From contig NC_090378.1 of the NCBI RefSeq assembly GCF_036365525.1, forward strand, positions 124,047,593 through 124,111,592: 64,000 nt of DNA, written 5' to 3'. The stretch comes from Heterodontus francisci (lineage: Eukaryota). A model generated the notes under the pieces. It saw nothing but the letters and a program-made list of their open reading frames with translations. It was not told the DNA's origin and did no database searches. The position numbers and the translations under genes were made by a program. Positions 60,330-64,000 of this stretch are shown one piece after another. Position 1 is the first letter of the stretch. Each line of letters opens with the position of its first letter.

Positions 60330-61270
60330 AATTAGGAGCTAGTGGCTAAAAGCTTTGTGAAAGAAGCTGTTTTAAGGAGAATGCTTACGGAGAAGAACAA
60401 TGGGGTTTTGAGGCAATTCCAGAATGTGGGGCCTAAATTTTGGGAAGTATGGCCATGAATGACGGGGAGAATGAAGGGACAGCAGGGGGTGGAAATGCAG
60501 ACGAGTTCGGCTCAAGAGTGCCTCGGAAGGTGGATGGAATCAGTGGCTATGTCAGTATTGGATGTCAGAGAAGCAGTGTTAGAAATCGGAAGCAGTGAAG
60601 GAGATGAAAGAGGTGGTGGTAAAAGCTGGTTGTTGCCACTGTACAAATGGAATCTTACTGTGCATTGGTTTATGTTCCCAAAGGACAGCATGTAGATGAG
60701 AAATAGGTAGGGGAGACCAAGATGTGGGAGCAGGAAGAGAAATCATTGCAGGTGATTCGCTGGCCACTACTGGAATGCTAGGAATGAAACCAGGTGAGGG
60801 CAGTCTCAGGCTGGATGACAGAGAAGCATTGGAGGAGGATGGTGTGGTCAACTGTGTCAAAGGCAGCAGACAGGTCGAGTAGGATGAGAAGTGATAATTA
60901 ATGACAGTCACAATCATAAAGAATGCCATTTGTGACTTATTGACAAATGTTTCGATGCTGTGACAGGAATGGATACCTCACTGGAGAAGTTTAAACATGG
61001 AGCTGTGGGAAATTTGGGCAAGGATTTGGGAAGCAACAACACGTTCAAGAACTTTGGACAGGAAAGGGAAGTTGGAGATGGGCTGGTAGTTTGTAAGGAC
61101 AGATGGATCAAGTGTGGGTTTTTTGAGGAAGGGGGTGATGCCAGCATATTTGAAATGCTGTTGTATGTGACTTGGAAAGACACAAAAGGATGTGAGATTG
61201 GGATGGGAACCAGAATGTGAATGGAAAGGGAGGTGATCAGAAATGGTCGTATCTTTGATTGACGTGATGG
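60330..61270 (-). mobile_element. L2-like LINE RT fragment
   Basis: FKYAGITPFLKKPTLDPSVLTNYQPISNFPFLSKVLERVVASQ. Confidence 0.85.
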
Positions 61271-61276
61271 GAGGTT

Positions 61277-61645
61277 TTTTTAATTCTTTCATGGAATGTG
61301 GGTGTCTCTGGCATGGCCAGCATTTGTTGCCCATGCCTAATTGCCATTTCAGAGGGCAGTTAAGAGTTAACCACATTGCTGTGGGTCTGGAGACACACAT
61401 AGGCCAAACTGGGTAAAGACTGCAGATTTCCTTCCCGAAAGGACATTAATGAACCAGATGGGTTTTTACGACAATCGATGATAGTTTCATGGCACCATTA
61501 CTGAGACTAGCTTTCAATTCCAGATTTTTATTAATTGAATTTAAATTCCACCAGCTGCCATGGTCGGATTTGAACCTGTGTCCCCAGGACATTAGCCAGA
61601 GCCTCTGGATTACTAGTTCAGTGACAATACCACTACGTCACCACC
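61277..61645 (-). mobile_element. tRNA-derived SINE with a CR1-like tail
   Basis: Head ggtggtgacgtagtggt...ggttcaaatcc; tail matches the LINE 3' end at 18500-18560. Confidence 0.8.
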
Positions 61646-62094
61646 TTAGAGAGGCTAAGTGAGACCACATAGTATTATACAGTATTTACAGCACACATAG
61701 GACTTCAGCCCAACAGCCATTGCTTCTACTCCACACAAGCTTCCTCGTGGTAAAGTTGAGGGATTGGCTTTGAATATGGGCAGCAGAGACTGTGTACAAA
61801 TTGATTGTATTGTTTGCACTTTAAAATTAATTCACTGGCCATCAAATGTTTTCGGATGTCCTGAAGACGTGAAAGATTTTATAGAAATCTAAGTTATTTC
61901 TGAGTATACGGGCGCATATACATTTCTTGACCTCACTGTGGCCTTTGACAGAGGTAAAGAACTAGAAACTAGCCAGCTCCTGTAAAAGGTAGCATGCAGA
62001 GACCTGAGGGATTGGCATACAAAGAAGTTATAACATGGAAACAGGCCATTCGGACCACTAGTGAGTATCAGCATTTACCCTTCACACAAACAAA

Positions 62095-64000
62095 CAGTCC
62101 TCATCACAGACTATCTGGTCATTATCACATTGCTGTTTGTGGGAGCTTGCTGTGCACAAATTGGCTTCCATGTTCCCTACATTATAACAGTGACCATGTT
62201 TCAAAAGTACTTCATTGGCTGGAAAGATCCTTGGGATATCCTGAGGTTGTGAAAAGTGTTATATAAATGCAAGTCTGTCTTTTCTTTTATTTACCCACTC
62301 TGTTCCCATATTTCATCCCAATTTTCTTTATCCACCTATCTAATCTAATACAGACTTTCACTACCACAAAACTTAAAGTTTATGCAATCTGTCCTCATAA
62401 TTTAACCCTTTAAACACTGGCATCATTCTAGTGAATCTAGTGAATTTGTCCCCACTCCAAAGCCAATCTCGAGGTATAGGCTATAAAAGCCAAGAGGTAA
62501 TGATGAGACTATTTAAACCTGAGGACCTCAGTGAGAGTAATGTCTGTAGTATTGGGCTGCACATTACAGGAAGTGTATTGAGGCTTTAGAGAGGATAGAA
62601 TGCAGATTCATTCGGATACTATCTGGTATGGGGAAATACAAATACAAAGAAACACTTGAGAATTGGTGCTTTTGGGGGAAATTCAGAACAAGGAAGTACA
62701 ATTTTAAAATTAGAGCTACACCATTGAGGCCTATTTGGAAATGCTTCTTCACACAAATGCTGCAGAAATCTGCAACTCTCTCTCCAAAAGACAATGAATG
62801 CTGGGGGATCAAATGAAAATTTCAAGACTGAGTGATAGATTTTTCTTGAGCAATGATACTAAAGGATACAGATCAAAGGTGGGTAAAATGGGGTTGATCT
62901 AATTGAATGGTGTAACAGGGTCAAGAGGCTGAATGGCTGACTCCTGTTCCTATGTTCCTAAAACATAGAATTCTATTAGCCTGCCTTTTTTTTTAACAGC
63001 CCTATCAACCAAAGGTATTGTGTTTAATGTCCTGTGAACCTGTTCCTGCAGATCCTTGCTCTTCATAGCACTGAACCTACTCCCACTCAGAGTATAATTA
63101 TTGCTGTTATTTTTTGCAAACCAAACACTAAAGTGACATTGAATTCTACCTGCCACTTTTTAACCCATTCCATCATCATCTCAATCTCCCTTTGCAGCTT
63201 CCTTTGGTCTTCCAAAGAATTAGCTATTCCTACTACTTTGATACGATCTGCACATTACAACACCACTCCCTCTAGTCTGTACCCAAATCAATGACAGAGT
63301 GAACAGAAGTGGCCCCAGAACAAAACCCTGTGGGACACAGCTACCCACTTCCAATCACTCTGGAAAACTGCACTCAATTCCTACTCTCCATTCCCTTCCT
63401 TCTAACCAATTTTTTATCCAGTTTGTTATCCTCCCCCTAATTCCATACCCCTTAATCTCCAGTAATCTCATGTCATGCCTTGTTAAAGATTTTCTAAATC
63501 CATGTAAACCACATCCACCATATTTCCACATCTACTATCTCAGTCAGCTCTTCAAAAAATGGAGGTTTGTTGAGCACAATTATCCCTTTTGAAATCGGCT
63601 CTAACTGCTACTGTTTTAGCTTGAACAACAACTTGTATTTATATAGTACCTTTAAAGTAATAAAACGTCCCAAGGTGTTTTACAGAGGCAATGTAAAACA
63701 AGACATGTTACTGAGCCACATCGAGAGATATTAGGGCAGATGACAAAAAGTTTGGTCAAAGAGACAGGCTTTAAGGAGTGTCTTAAAGGAGGAATGTGAG
63801 GTAGAGAGGTTTAGGGAGGGTGTTCCAGAGCTTAAGGCCTTTGCAACCGAAGGTTCTGCCACCAATATTGGAGTGATTGAAAACGGGAATGCTCGAGAGG
63901 CCGGGATTAGAGGAGCGCAGATATCTCGCAAGGTTTACGGCTGGAAATTACAGAGATAGGCAACTGCCAGGCCTTGGAGGGATTTGGAAACAAGATGAGA
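62095..64000. mobile_element. Mixed old fragments: SINE tail (62095-62290), CR1 (+) 62480-62960, CR1 (-) 62960-63600, L2-like 3' end (-) 63620-64000
   Basis: CR1 tail cctatgttcct; L2-like end acaacaacttgtatttatatagtacctttaa, similar to 38295. Confidence 0.7.

Overview
Eukaryotic, repeat-dense genomic DNA, very probably from a shark (HE1/V-SINEs, Deu-type SINEs, shark-type CR1 LINEs and the 65-bp 'gggacagtgtagagggagctttac' repeat). Most of the window is nested transposable elements: CR1/L2 LINE fragments, a near-intact RTE LINE, a decayed Gypsy element, solo LTRs, Harbinger relics, a hAT-type MITE and Penelope-like fragments. A 3.7-kb 45-bp minisatellite explains the two longest ORFs. Gene-derived material: (i) three spliceable CEP350 exons on the minus strand, one split by a SINE with a 6-bp TSD, with the large downstream CAP-Gly exon apparently missing; (ii) two intronless, disabled MROH1-like copies in a ~3.2-3.6 kb direct duplication with a likely gene-conversion tract; (iii) a small minus-strand exon with a BH3-like motif plus a terminal exon with AATAAA; (iv) a candidate TATA promoter and first exon at the left edge. 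The most unusual item is a minus-strand proviral 3' end (integrase tail, splice acceptor, env, PPT, LTR). Its decayed env resembles paramyxovirus F fusion proteins, as described for lokiretroviruses, but seems to lack the fusion-peptide/HR1 core. All protein comparisons were made by eye from remembered sequences; no database search was run. Boundaries of old repeats are approximate.
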